NCBI GenBank assembly: GCA_041740355.1
Contig: JBGSMD010000048.1
Span: 23,912-87,911 of the forward strand
Reading direction: 5' to 3'
DNA length: 64,000 nt
Source: Bdellovibrionota bacterium
Lineage (GTDB): Bacteria; Bdellovibrionota_C; UBA2361; CALJRW01
Part shown: in pieces, positions 49,649 through 59,026 of the stretch
Layout of the letters: each line of letters opens with the position of its first letter
Position numbering within the stretch: position 1 is the first letter of the stretch
Program-made: the position numbers and the translations under genes
Notes under the pieces: generated by a model
Seen by the model: the letters and a program-made list of their open reading frames with translations, nothing else
The model's database searches: none
Told to the model about the DNA's origin: nothing

Positions 49649-50311
49649 TTATCTAGGAATAACATAAAAAAGCATCGCCAAAAAATGACTGATAGTTCCA
49701 GCCATTACAAAGCCATGCCAAATTCCGTGATACCATTTATTAATTTCACCTTTTAAGTAGAAATACACGCCAGCGGTATAAAATACTCCACCTCCGATTA
49801 GTAAGGCAATGCCACCTAAAGCTAGATTCTGAAAAAGAGTTTTAATTGCAATTACAACAATCCAACCCATCAACACGTAAAGCACTGTGCTAACAAGATC
49901 ATATTTAGCACCATAAATTGATTTGAAAATAATTCCAAAGACCGCCATCCCCCAGACAAGTCCAAACATGATCCAACCGAGAGTACCTTTAATTATACAC
50001 AGTGAAATGGGAGTATAGGTTCCGGCAATCAGTAGATAGATGGAAATATGATCAAACTTTTGAAATAAGGAATTTGCTCTGGTTCGAGATAGTGAGTGGT
50101 AGAGAGTTGAGAAAAGGTAAAGGATAAAAGAAGTCACTCCAAAGACTGTGACCGATACCACATGGACAGTCTCACCGTAAATCGAGGCATAGACGATAAG
50201 AACTATTGCGCCAACTAAACTTAGTAGTGCACCTACACCATGAGTAATAGCATTAAGACATTCCTCGCCGACTGTATAAAGAAAAGCTTTAATCTCGTTT
50301 TCTTCTGACAC
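49649..50311 (-). CDS. Hemolysin III / PAQR family membrane protein
   Basis: EECLNAITHG, STLYHS, DHISIYLLIAGTYTP, HGIWH.FV. Confidence 0.93.
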   Translation of the reverse strand: MSEENEIKAFLYTVGEECLNAITHGVGALLSLVGAIVLIVYASIYGETVHVVSVTVFGVTSFILYLFSTLYHSLSRTRANSLFQKFDHISIYLLIAGTYTPISLCIIKGTLGWIMFGLVWGMAVFGIIFKSIYGAKYDLVSTVLYVLMGWIVVIAIKTLFQNLALGGIALLIGGGVFYTAGVYFYLKGEINKWYHGIWHGFVMAGTISHFLAMLFYVIPR

Positions 50312-50325
50312 CTAATAGTAATTCA

Positions 50326-50721
50326 TTAAAGGATAAAAACTTTTACAAAGCTGACTGAAAAGCTTAGTGCCATTACAGAATACATGAAGCTCATAAGTTG
50401 CGAAGGACTTAACTCAATCTTTAAAACTGTTTTCAAGATTCTCGCAACAAATCCTTCGGACTGTTCTTCAGATTCCTCAGGGACTGCAGGAACTAAGTAA
50501 TGCTCCAAGTCAGTTAATAAACAACGTCCGTTATTAATTTTCCACTGTAAGATTACCAAGGGAATCATTACCATGTGAATAACTAAAATTTCTTTTTTTA
50601 CAAAAATCCAACCAAGCACAATAAAAAGTAGAACCGCATAGTGAGTAGCTCTAATAGCTAGAATTGGAAGATTTTTTAAGGTTGAGTTTTGTGATATCAT
50701 ATTCAAGAAATATAATAACAT
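50326..50721 (-). CDS. DUF2784-like membrane protein
   Basis: H...F...G, CLLTDLE..L and GFV motifs. Confidence 0.7.
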   Translation of the reverse strand: MLLYFLNMISQNSTLKNLPILAIRATHYAVLLFIVLGWIFVKKEILVIHMVMIPLVILQWKINNGRCLLTDLEHYLVPAVPEESEEQSEGFVARILKTVLKIELSPSQLMSFMYSVMALSFSVSFVKVFIL

Positions 50722-50980
50722 ATTAGCCTAGTCTTAAGCTATGCAAAGGATAGAGGTAATAATGTAAAGATTTATTAGTGTAGCAAAAAGTCACCAAAGA
50801 TTTTGCTTATAATTAACATTTAAGTATCCAATATTATTAATTTTAATTTATACATTTGTTATGATATTTCTGGATATATTTAGGATCTCCTTATTAGTTT
50901 CTGGTTTTGTTTAATACTTATAAGTGGCATGACTAAGAACTCGTATCCTAATATAATATCTTAAAAATACCTTTACAGAA

Positions 50981-51718
50981 ATGATGTTTCCTATCGATCG
51001 AGATTTTAGTGCTATCGGAGAAAGTTTATTGCCTCCTAGAGTTGACCATGTAGTATCCACAGATAGTGCGAGTCCAAATCTTTTAGCCACACCATTGGCT
51101 GAAGATATCGCTTCCAAAGTAATTTTTTTTGAACGCGAACAATTAAGACCCCTTTGTACCTCTCAGCTTTTAATTAAAGCACAGGAATTTGAAGCACAAG
51201 TTTTTCGCTTAGTCATCCGCGAAGTAGTGCAAGACTCAAATGAAGCCAAGGCTATTGCCAATGGAATCATTCAACTAACAATTAAGTGTCAAATTGAAGG
51301 TGTGGGGGATCTCTTGGATACTCTGGATGCTGTTAACATTGATTTCAGTGATCAACTGGCAGAAATGAGAAAAGGAATTTCTTGTTATACCGAACTTGCC
51401 AGTCGCTTTGATTCGACATTAAGCAAAGTGTCACTTTCTAATCCCAAAAAAGTAAGAGAGCTAGCAGCGCAAATTATTACGAGACATTTAGAATTAGAGG
51501 AGACAGCACAAAAACCTAACCTAGCAGAACAGCTAATCGATTTTTCATTCCAGTTGCTAACAAAAATTGTGCCAATGAAGAGAATTACCGATGCGATCAT
51601 TACTCAAGCTAGGCGTGAAGATAAGCGTAATGAAACTAATCCCTATAAAGTTCATGCCGTAAGATTCCTAGCAGAAATACCTATAGGAAAATTTGATAGT
51701 GTCAGTCAGGAAGAGTAA
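50981..51718 (+). CDS. Hypothetical helical protein
   Basis: 245-aa ORF with no recognised motif. Confidence 0.6.
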   Translation: MMFPIDRDFSAIGESLLPPRVDHVVSTDSASPNLLATPLAEDIASKVIFFEREQLRPLCTSQLLIKAQEFEAQVFRLVIREVVQDSNEAKAIANGIIQLTIKCQIEGVGDLLDTLDAVNIDFSDQLAEMRKGISCYTELASRFDSTLSKVSLSNPKKVRELAAQIITRHLELEETAQKPNLAEQLIDFSFQLLTKIVPMKRITDAIITQARREDKRNETNPYKVHAVRFLAEIPIGKFDSVSQEE

Positions 51719-51772
51719 GATTAGTATAAACTGTTAGCAAATGATTTATTTAAAACTACCAGTAATAAGGCT

Positions 51773-52138
51773 TCAAATTGGGTAATCACCATATTCGTTA
51801 GATCCTTCCTGGCTTTCCAAACAAAGAAAGTAAATCATAATCAGTCCAATCAAAGGGATAATTCCAATAAGAACAAACCAAGCACTTCTGCCTGTGTCAT
51901 GTAGTCTTCTAACTAATACTGCCATGTAAGGAATGATAGTTGCAGAGAAATAAATAAAATGAGTTATAAAAAATAATGTGACGAGACTTGGAATCTTTAA
52001 GGATATGGAAACTACTACAAGTGACAACAATCCAAGTATTATTCCTACATGACATAATAGAAACATCCAGAACTCAGTCCTTGACGCTCGACCATTAAAA
52101 TCTGCATATTTTTTAAGCCCTTCAATCTACCAATTCAT
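51773..52138 (-). pseudogene. DUF805 (YhaH-like) membrane protein gene with a premature TAG at codon 4
   Basis: ATG at 52138 reads MNW*IEGLKKYADFNGRASRTEFWMF...VRRLHDTGRSAW, in frame with the tracked ORF. TAG at 52129-52127. Confidence 0.8.
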
Positions 52139-52215
52139 TTGATTCTCATTATCAAATTATTTTTTGATCTTAATTTAGCTACGGCTGATTGCCAATCCTG
52201 AAATAAATCATATTA

Positions 52216-53352
52216 CTATACTGCTATCCCCATTACCTGTGGTGCATGCTTTTCAAATATCCTACTCATTGCGCCACTTCTTTGCATAAACTCAATTGAT
52301 TGATCCAAAATTGTTAACAGCTCTGGCCAGTCAGGTCGCACCGCAATGGAATCCTCATATGGTGGAGCATCAGAATCACTATCTTCAAACAAAGCAGTTA
52401 GTCCAGTTGTGTGTGTCTTAAGAACTTTTAATGCCATCGGCTTATCGGTTAACATTAAATGCGCTGGTCTTGGAATATTACTAAGCATTACACGCTCTAA
52501 TGCTTCATCGGAAGTTTCTGATAATATTAAACGTTCACTTGGAATTCCAATAACTGTTTCGGCATAATGATGTGCCATTGATTCGGCGTGAACTGCCACG
52601 ATGTAATCTTTCTTTCTTAAATCAGAAATTTTTTTTGGAGCGGGGAGCTCCTTAAGTTGTGGAGATTTCTTAGTTCTTCCCACAGCGGCAATTGGCACAG
52701 TGCAAAAGGGTTTAGAATATAAACTACTAGCAAGCCTTGGCGCAGTTCGATAAATTGGTCCATAACAATCGATTTTTCCTCTCGCTAATTGATCACCAAA
52801 ATCAGCATGATTAATTTCTACAAACTCTAATTTGCAATGTAGGGACAGAGCCAGCGCTTGAATAAGCTCTGGAAAAAACCCCTCACTCTTGCCGTCAAAT
52901 AAAAAAAACTGTCCTTTGTTCAGTCCAATTCTAAGTGCTCGTTTACCAAGTAAATTCTCAAAACGTTTTGGTTGCAACTCTGATCTGACTAAGTCGCGCA
53001 CAACATCGGCAAAACCATTCATGTCTAAATTAATTGAGAGTAATCCTGATTCATGAGCACCGGGTTTTCTTATTCCCATTCCTTTGTCATAGGGCCAGGG
53101 ATCATTTAATTCAGCAATGCGAAACAACTCAGTTGGATCAGCCATCTCTAAATTTAAAGCGAGGAGTGTTAGAATCGGTTTACTAGGAATTCTTCCGTAA
53201 CGACTGATGTGCGAAAGATATTGTAAAGATACTCCACACCTCTCAGCCAAGTCAGATAAATCTAATCTGTGTTTTCGGCACCACTTCTCCGATAAATCTA
53301 AAAATACTCTTCTTAGTTCAGCTGATTTTTTAAAGGGAACTTCTTTTTTCAT
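52216..53352 (-). CDS. XRE-type HTH fused to a type II solute-binding (SBP family 3-like) domain; one-component regulator
   Basis: LSDLAERCGVSLQYLSHI...IPS, then LRIG...GF..EL...LA..L..K.EF...L..GKID...R....YSKPF. No signal peptide. Confidence 0.8.
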   Translation of the reverse strand: MKKEVPFKKSAELRRVFLDLSEKWCRKHRLDLSDLAERCGVSLQYLSHISRYGRIPSKPILTLLALNLEMADPTELFRIAELNDPWPYDKGMGIRKPGAHESGLLSINLDMNGFADVVRDLVRSELQPKRFENLLGKRALRIGLNKGQFFLFDGKSEGFFPELIQALALSLHCKLEFVEINHADFGDQLARGKIDCYGPIYRTAPRLASSLYSKPFCTVPIAAVGRTKKSPQLKELPAPKKISDLRKKDYIVAVHAESMAHHYAETVIGIPSERLILSETSDEALERVMLSNIPRPAHLMLTDKPMALKVLKTHTTGLTALFEDSDSDAPPYEDSIAVRPDWPELLTILDQSIEFMQRSGAMSRIFEKHAPQVMGIAV

Positions 53353-53443
53353 CTGGTTGTAGGTAATTAAGCTATAAACTGAGATTGTACGTTTATTTAA
53401 TACTGTGGCAAGAATTATTTGTTACTAGCCAATCAAAAGTTAC

Positions 53444-53493
53444 AGATTATGAGTATGCAGTACATTTTAAATTATACTGAATACTCATAATCT
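53444..53493. promoter_or_regulatory. 19-bp inverted repeat (18/19 match) in a divergent promoter region
   Basis: AGATTATGAGTATGCAGTA-N12-TACTGAATACTCATAATCT. Confidence 0.7.
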
Positions 53494-53622
53494 CTATATT
53501 CAAATAATACCTGATAGAAAATTCTAAAATATAAGTACTGGATATCACTAGTTAAATCCCATATCTTGCCATTATGGAGCAGGGAATTCTTCTCCAAAAT
53601 TAAGATATACAAGGAGAAAGTC

Positions 53623-54042
53623 ATGTACAGCAGTGGATTTAGACTAGATGAGTTTGCCGGGCAGTCTCTTGATACATCCTTCCCAATTGGAGGGAGAAAA
53701 CAAGTTGTTTCATCTGAACAAACTCTAATCATCGATAAATCAGCTTTTAAACTTCTGCCTCTAAGCACTATCGCAAACCTTGGCCGCATTGCTGAAGAAC
53801 ATCCTAAAGCCCTTCGCTACTTTCCACCCGGTAGCAAACTATCTTTAGGAGCAGGAGGAGATCGTGGCGACTACACCGAATCAAGCTCTGTTTACCTGCA
53901 GTGTTCCTTAAAACTTCCTTCGGGAGAACTTGTGGGCAGAGAACATATCAGCCTTTCTAATGCCAACACAGAAACTGCCTTTAGAAGATTTCTAAGCAAA
54001 TTAGAAAAGGGCAGTGATTTAGGATCTCAAAACGAACTTTAA
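53623..54042 (+). CDS. Hypothetical protein, first gene of the prs-apt-NUDIX operon
   Basis: AAGGAG RBS upstream of ATG 53623; 17-nt gap to prs. Confidence 0.7.
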   Translation: MYSSGFRLDEFAGQSLDTSFPIGGRKQVVSSEQTLIIDKSAFKLLPLSTIANLGRIAEEHPKALRYFPPGSKLSLGAGGDRGDYTESSSVYLQCSLKLPSGELVGREHISLSNANTETAFRRFLSKLEKGSDLGSQNEL

Positions 54043-54059
54043 AATTTAGTAGAGTAATT

Positions 54060-55199
54060 ATGTCAGGAGCATTAGCAAACAATTTATTAGAAAAACCACT
54101 TGTAGCAAATCAAGATTGTGTTTTAGAAGGAACTTCATTTTCGAGTAGCAACTTAAGAGAAATTACCAAACCCTTAGCACCACGCATCTCCACCCATTCC
54201 GTAATTCTCTCTCCAAGTAGTAGTGGCGATCTAGCGGAAAGAGTTTGTGCTGAGCTTGGCACAACGAAAGCTAAAATAATTTTAGATTCATTTCCAAATA
54301 GTGAAACAAGAATTGAAGTCCATGAGTCAGTCAGAAATAGACATGCCTTTATCGTTGCGAGCATTGAATCACCGGTTAACCAAGGTGTCATGGAAACTGT
54401 GCTTCTGGCACAAGCCTTAAAACTTGCTGATGCAAAAAGAATTACAGTTGTTCTTCCTTACTTCCCATATGCCCGACAAGACAGAAAAACTGATACTCGT
54501 CCGCCAATCAGTGCTAAGGCAATAACTGATATTTTAAAAGTAGTAGGAGTTGATCAAATTGTAACTATCGATTTACACGCAACTCAAATCGAAGGTTTCT
54601 TTAATGGACCACTGGAGAACTTATCAGGTCTGAACCAACTAGTAGAACCATTAATTAAAGAAGTTGGTTCAGAGTTAATTGTAGTTTCTCCTGATGCTGG
54701 TGGTGCAAAAAGAGCGGAGAAGTTTGCCAGACAAATTGAAAAACTAACCAATAATTTCACTCCGCTAGTTGTGATGAGTAAATTTCGTCCAGGGCCAGGA
54801 GTTCCCCCACAAGTAACACTTAGCTGTGGCGAGGAATTTCTATCTGGTAAAACCTGTGTCCTAGTTGATGACATGATTGATACTGGGGGATCAATTATTG
54901 CGGCAGCGGAAAGCTTAAAAGCCAAGGGGGTAGCCCGAGTAATCGTTTGTGCCAGTCATGGGGTTTTTTCAAATGAGGCTGTTTTTAAAATGAAGACAGC
55001 TTCTTTTAATGCTGAGCCAACAATTGACCAAATCTTTGTCACTAACACTCTCCCAATTAAGGAAAAGCCATCTGATTTTTTAAAGATAGTTTCCATTTCG
55101 ACACTGCTTGCTGAAGCAATTGCCAGACTTGATCAGCCGATGGGAACGCTTAGTAGCTTAAAGGAGCGAACGGATATGGGATACCTTTTAAACAAATAA
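54060..55199 (+). CDS. prs: Ribose-phosphate pyrophosphokinase with an N-terminal extension of about 45 aa
   Basis: PYFPYARQDRK, DLHATQIEGFF, VSPDAGG, LVDDMIDTGGS, SHGVFS. Confidence 0.93.
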   Translation: MSGALANNLLEKPLVANQDCVLEGTSFSSSNLREITKPLAPRISTHSVILSPSSSGDLAERVCAELGTTKAKIILDSFPNSETRIEVHESVRNRHAFIVASIESPVNQGVMETVLLAQALKLADAKRITVVLPYFPYARQDRKTDTRPPISAKAITDILKVVGVDQIVTIDLHATQIEGFFNGPLENLSGLNQLVEPLIKEVGSELIVVSPDAGGAKRAEKFARQIEKLTNNFTPLVVMSKFRPGPGVPPQVTLSCGEEFLSGKTCVLVDDMIDTGGSIIAAAESLKAKGVARVIVCASHGVFSNEAVFKMKTASFNAEPTIDQIFVTNTLPIKEKPSDFLKIVSISTLLAEAIARLDQPMGTLSSLKERTDMGYLLNK

Positions 55200-55235
55200 C
55201 AAAAATCATTTTATTTTAATTTCAGGAGTAGTAAT

Positions 55236-55787
55236 ATGAACTTAGCAGTACAGTCTTTTAAACCTTCCCGCATGATTGATCTTGAGTCTCTAATTAGAAC
55301 AGTTCCTGATTTTCCAAAGCCTGGAATCCAGTTTAAGGACATCACTCCAATCCTTGCAGATCCTAAAGCATACAGTCAGTTAATCGATCAAATGTCAGCA
55401 CAGGTAAAACTTTCCGGTGCGAATGTTGTAGTGGGTTTAGAATCTAGAGGCTTTGTTTTTGGAGTTTCCATCGCTGAACGCTTAGCACTTCCATTTGTAC
55501 CGGCAAGAAAAGCAGGGAAGTTACCAGGAGATACAGTTAAAGCTGATTACTCTTTGGAATACGGCAAGCAATCTTTAGAACTACAACTTGGATCGATTAA
55601 ACCAAATGATAAAGTTGCTATTGTTGACGACTTACTCGCAACTGGTGGGACTGCCCAAGCAGCGGAAAAATTAATTTCAATTCTTGGTGGTAATGTTGCA
55701 GGTTACTTTTTTGCAATTGAATTATTAGATTTAAATGGACGCCAAGTTTTAAATCACAGCGTTACAGAATCAATTATGAAATTTTAG
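55236..55787 (+). CDS. apt: Adenine phosphoribosyltransferase
   Basis: PDFPKPGIQFKDITP, ESRGF, RKAGKLP, YSLEYG, VDDLLATGGT. Confidence 0.95.
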   Translation: MNLAVQSFKPSRMIDLESLIRTVPDFPKPGIQFKDITPILADPKAYSQLIDQMSAQVKLSGANVVVGLESRGFVFGVSIAERLALPFVPARKAGKLPGDTVKADYSLEYGKQSLELQLGSIKPNDKVAIVDDLLATGGTAQAAEKLISILGGNVAGYFFAIELLDLNGRQVLNHSVTESIMKF

Positions 55788-55832
55788 AAATTAAGTTCTA
55801 CTTATTTTTTAATTTTATTTTTTGATTTTTAA

Positions 55833-56369
55833 ATGCAAACTTCTATTGTCCAATCTTCATCTACAAAACTTCAAGCTGTTGTTGCTACTGTTGATATCCC
55901 AACAGCTACAGCAATTATTTACAAAAAATCAGATCCCTTTAAAGTTCTAGTTGGTCACAGCAAGAAACATTCTGCTCCAGTTCTTCCGGGTGGTAAAATA
56001 GATCTGCAAGATCTTGTTTCCACTTCCATGGAACTTGTTGCCAAGCATTGTATTATTAGAGAACTACAAGAAGAAGTTGGGCTTACTGGAGTTGAGCCTA
56101 AGTTTTTAAAGATTCATTCGGACCCAGAGAGGGATAATCGAGTGATTACTGTTGGGTCGTTAAAGGGGACGGTCGTTGAGGATCTGGTTAAGGGATTTAG
56201 GGAGGATCAGTTGGTGCTCGGAAGGTATGGGGTTCCGGATTATGTTTTTTTGGTTGAGATTGACTGGCAGAGTCTCAAGGAGAGTGAGGAGTTATTGGGC
56301 TTGGAGTGGATTGATACTAGAGATGAGAAGGTATTGGGGGGAGGCCAAAAAAAGTTATTGAATCAGTAA
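55833..56369 (+). CDS. NUDIX hydrolase
   Basis: LPGGKID...CIIRELQEEVG (Nudix box with an insertion) and SDPERD.R. Confidence 0.85.
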   Translation: MQTSIVQSSSTKLQAVVATVDIPTATAIIYKKSDPFKVLVGHSKKHSAPVLPGGKIDLQDLVSTSMELVAKHCIIRELQEEVGLTGVEPKFLKIHSDPERDNRVITVGSLKGTVVEDLVKGFREDQLVLGRYGVPDYVFLVEIDWQSLKESEELLGLEWIDTRDEKVLGGGQKKLLNQ

Positions 56370-56813
56370 GGTTATTTCTATTTTATTAGTTTCAGAGACA
56401 TCTTGTATTAACTATTTACATTAGGCCAATCTTTTTCATCTAATCGGCTAATTACTCCAGCTTTAAATAAAAGTTACTTGGGGTGTTACGAGATCACTTC
56501 TCTAGCTAGTAACATCTAGAGATATTGCGATTTGACTCAGATTAAATCTTCTAAAAGCCGTTGGATCTTATCTTTCTTTTATCAAGATTGATACTTAAGT
56601 GTCTAAAAAGTTTAGGAAAATAAGATAATTAAGTTTGCTATCCCGAACAATGGCAGCAAGTATTTTAGGGGAAAGAGTTTCTCAAATTCTGGCAATATCA
56701 TTCCCTAAGCTGGCCTATCATAATGAAAATTGTTAAAATCTTAAGCTTTCATCAACTGATATAAGGCACAGACCTGATAAATACATCATAACTTATCTGT
56801 CTAAAATTATTAA

Positions 56814-58880
56814 ATGATTGACGTACGTAACAATATTAATTTAGAAGCTACTAGCTTTTTGGAACTTGTGCAGCAAGAATCCAATCCTGTTATTTTAAAA
56901 TCTTTACTTAGAAGTTACATCAGACCTGAACCAAGAAACGAGGAGGCAATCCTAAAGCAAGTTTATTCAGGGCTCCCTTCATTAACGCCGGAGCAAATTA
57001 ATTTGATGGTTTATACGCTAATGGAGTGCGTTGAAACAGATCAAAATTTATGTGCCGCTAATGCAATTAAAGAATTCAAACTATCGCTTAAGGGAAGAAC
57101 TCGCATATTCTTCGAAGATTTAATTAGTTTAGAGCAGTTTCCTGAATTAATTCTAGCTTATCATGGTCAACAAATAGAACTACCTAACTATTTGGCCAAG
57201 CAAATTGATCCTTATGACAGTCCAACAATAGAGGAAATTAATACGTGCCTTGAAGAATTATCTATTCGTATGCACTTAGAGAATGGCAAGGCATTTTTAA
57301 AATTTAGACTGACACAGATCGATAATCAATACATCATTTCTGCTGGAGGAGAGAGTCAGGTAGTTCCAATTAAAGCTTACCTTCCTGAAGAGCTGGAAAG
57401 GTTTAAAGATGTTATTCAATCCGAAGACTTGCAAATGAAATTTGCATCTCGTTATCAAAAAATCGGAGTCAAGCAAATTGCTATTATTACTCATGGTAAT
57501 CTGAAAACCATAAAGTGTTTAGAGAATCTGATTTCGTCCATCCATAAGTTTGGTAATCAAGAAGTGACGATTACAGTCTTTGATGATTTAGAATCCTCAA
57601 CTCTAAGAGAGCCTGTAAAATCTATTGATAAACCAGAAAACATTCAGATTAATTACCATGGATGGCAAGAAAGAAGTGATTGTATAAATGCTTTGACCGA
57701 GCGATTAGGGAGCGCGGAGGCGGAGGCTATTTCCGCAGCTATTGGACCTAAGACTGGTATTGGCGGTAATCGCAATTACGTGGCCTTAGCATTAGGACAA
57801 TACAATTATTTATCACTTGATGATGATATTAGTCCCATTGTTGAGTACCAAGTTGAGGGAGAATTATCGAAAGTAACGATTGATATTTTAGGTATTGCCA
57901 GTAGACATGTTAGGGCACCAGATAAACTTTGTGCCGATTTTAGATATGCCGGTGATATTGATGTTGCAGCAATTGCCAGTATCGAAACATTCTTAATGAA
58001 TCCAACAGTTTCTGATTTAAAACAATCCTGGAGATTCCCTTATAATAGTCAATGTCCCGACAATTTTGATTTGTCTAATAAAAGAAACATACTAATTTAT
58101 GACCATCGTTTCTCTAATGCAATCTCTGGTGGGGCAGTCTGTTTTGCGTCAGGTTATAATGGAATGGTCGCAAGGTTGCCGACTATTGTATCTTCCGATC
58201 TTGCTGGAAGAAATGAAGATTTATTCTTAAATACAATACCTGACTTAATTATCGATTCCCATAAATTGGCACCTCATATTTATTCTAGCGCAGCGACAGC
58301 AATTCAGCATAATCGAGAGTATAGTTTGCGAAATACGAACTTGGCACAGAATGCTGTGGAAGAAGTTGTCGTTCAATTTATGAGTTTTCTTGTGTTTAGT
58401 ATCGCTAGGAATTCACCAACAATCCAAAATGCTATTCATGGTAAGCCAACCCCATTTGGAAATCTTCGTGCCGTAATTACAGAGCTATCTAAGGAAATAT
58501 TATTCTTCACATCAAGCCCGCTTGAGCAAAATATTGCAAAAAATATGGAATTAGTTGAAATTTCAGCAATCACATTTCAGTCAGTTTATGACCTACTTCA
58601 AATTTTAAAAGGTGAAAAAATTGCTTCATTCCCAGGAGGAAGTCTAATGTCCGCTCAGCATCTCAATTTAGCTAGGGTGGATTCATATCAAAAGCTGTTA
58701 ACAGACACTGAAAATGTTTTAAAAAAATTATTTAACTCTGATTATCAAGAGATTTTGAGTCTTGAAGGGGACAGGCTCGATCAACTAATCTTTAAAACCT
58801 TATTAATAGCATCCCATGAAACACTTAATAAATATGGCCAGACTCTTGCCATCTGGAGTGAGATGTTAGACTCTGTTTAA
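56814..58880 (+). CDS. Large hypothetical protein with a central GT-A (GT2-like) glycosyltransferase domain
   Basis: IAIITH...ITVFDD...GIGGNRN...LSLDDD...RNED. Confidence 0.65.
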   Translation: MIDVRNNINLEATSFLELVQQESNPVILKSLLRSYIRPEPRNEEAILKQVYSGLPSLTPEQINLMVYTLMECVETDQNLCAANAIKEFKLSLKGRTRIFFEDLISLEQFPELILAYHGQQIELPNYLAKQIDPYDSPTIEEINTCLEELSIRMHLENGKAFLKFRLTQIDNQYIISAGGESQVVPIKAYLPEELERFKDVIQSEDLQMKFASRYQKIGVKQIAIITHGNLKTIKCLENLISSIHKFGNQEVTITVFDDLESSTLREPVKSIDKPENIQINYHGWQERSDCINALTERLGSAEAEAISAAIGPKTGIGGNRNYVALALGQYNYLSLDDDISPIVEYQVEGELSKVTIDILGIASRHVRAPDKLCADFRYAGDIDVAAIASIETFLMNPTVSDLKQSWRFPYNSQCPDNFDLSNKRNILIYDHRFSNAISGGAVCFASGYNGMVARLPTIVSSDLAGRNEDLFLNTIPDLIIDSHKLAPHIYSSAATAIQHNREYSLRNTNLAQNAVEEVVVQFMSFLVFSIARNSPTIQNAIHGKPTPFGNLRAVITELSKEILFFTSSPLEQNIAKNMELVEISAITFQSVYDLLQILKGEKIASFPGGSLMSAQHLNLARVDSYQKLLTDTENVLKKLFNSDYQEILSLEGDRLDQLIFKTLLIASHETLNKYGQTLAIWSEMLDSV

Positions 58881-59026
58881 AATAAAGAAATTTTTATCAG
58901 TTGCTAATAATCATCGAATTCATATTCAAATTTTATTAAGAATAGACTCAGGGGTAACATGAATAACCTAATTGAAGATCTACTGAATCTGAAAAAATTC
59001 AGGAAGCTGCTGCTATGGCAAAAGGT

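Noticed and set aside
41015-52129. Genome-wide TAG reassignment
   Set aside because: apt, the SDR, TauE and other genes end at TAG at their natural family C-termini, so TAG works as a normal stop.
54060-56369. NARP1-type NAD+ reconstitution or NrtR-type NAD salvage locus
   Set aside because: No nicotinamide phosphoribosyltransferase-like gene is present; the partner is a clear Apt and the NUDIX has no HTH.
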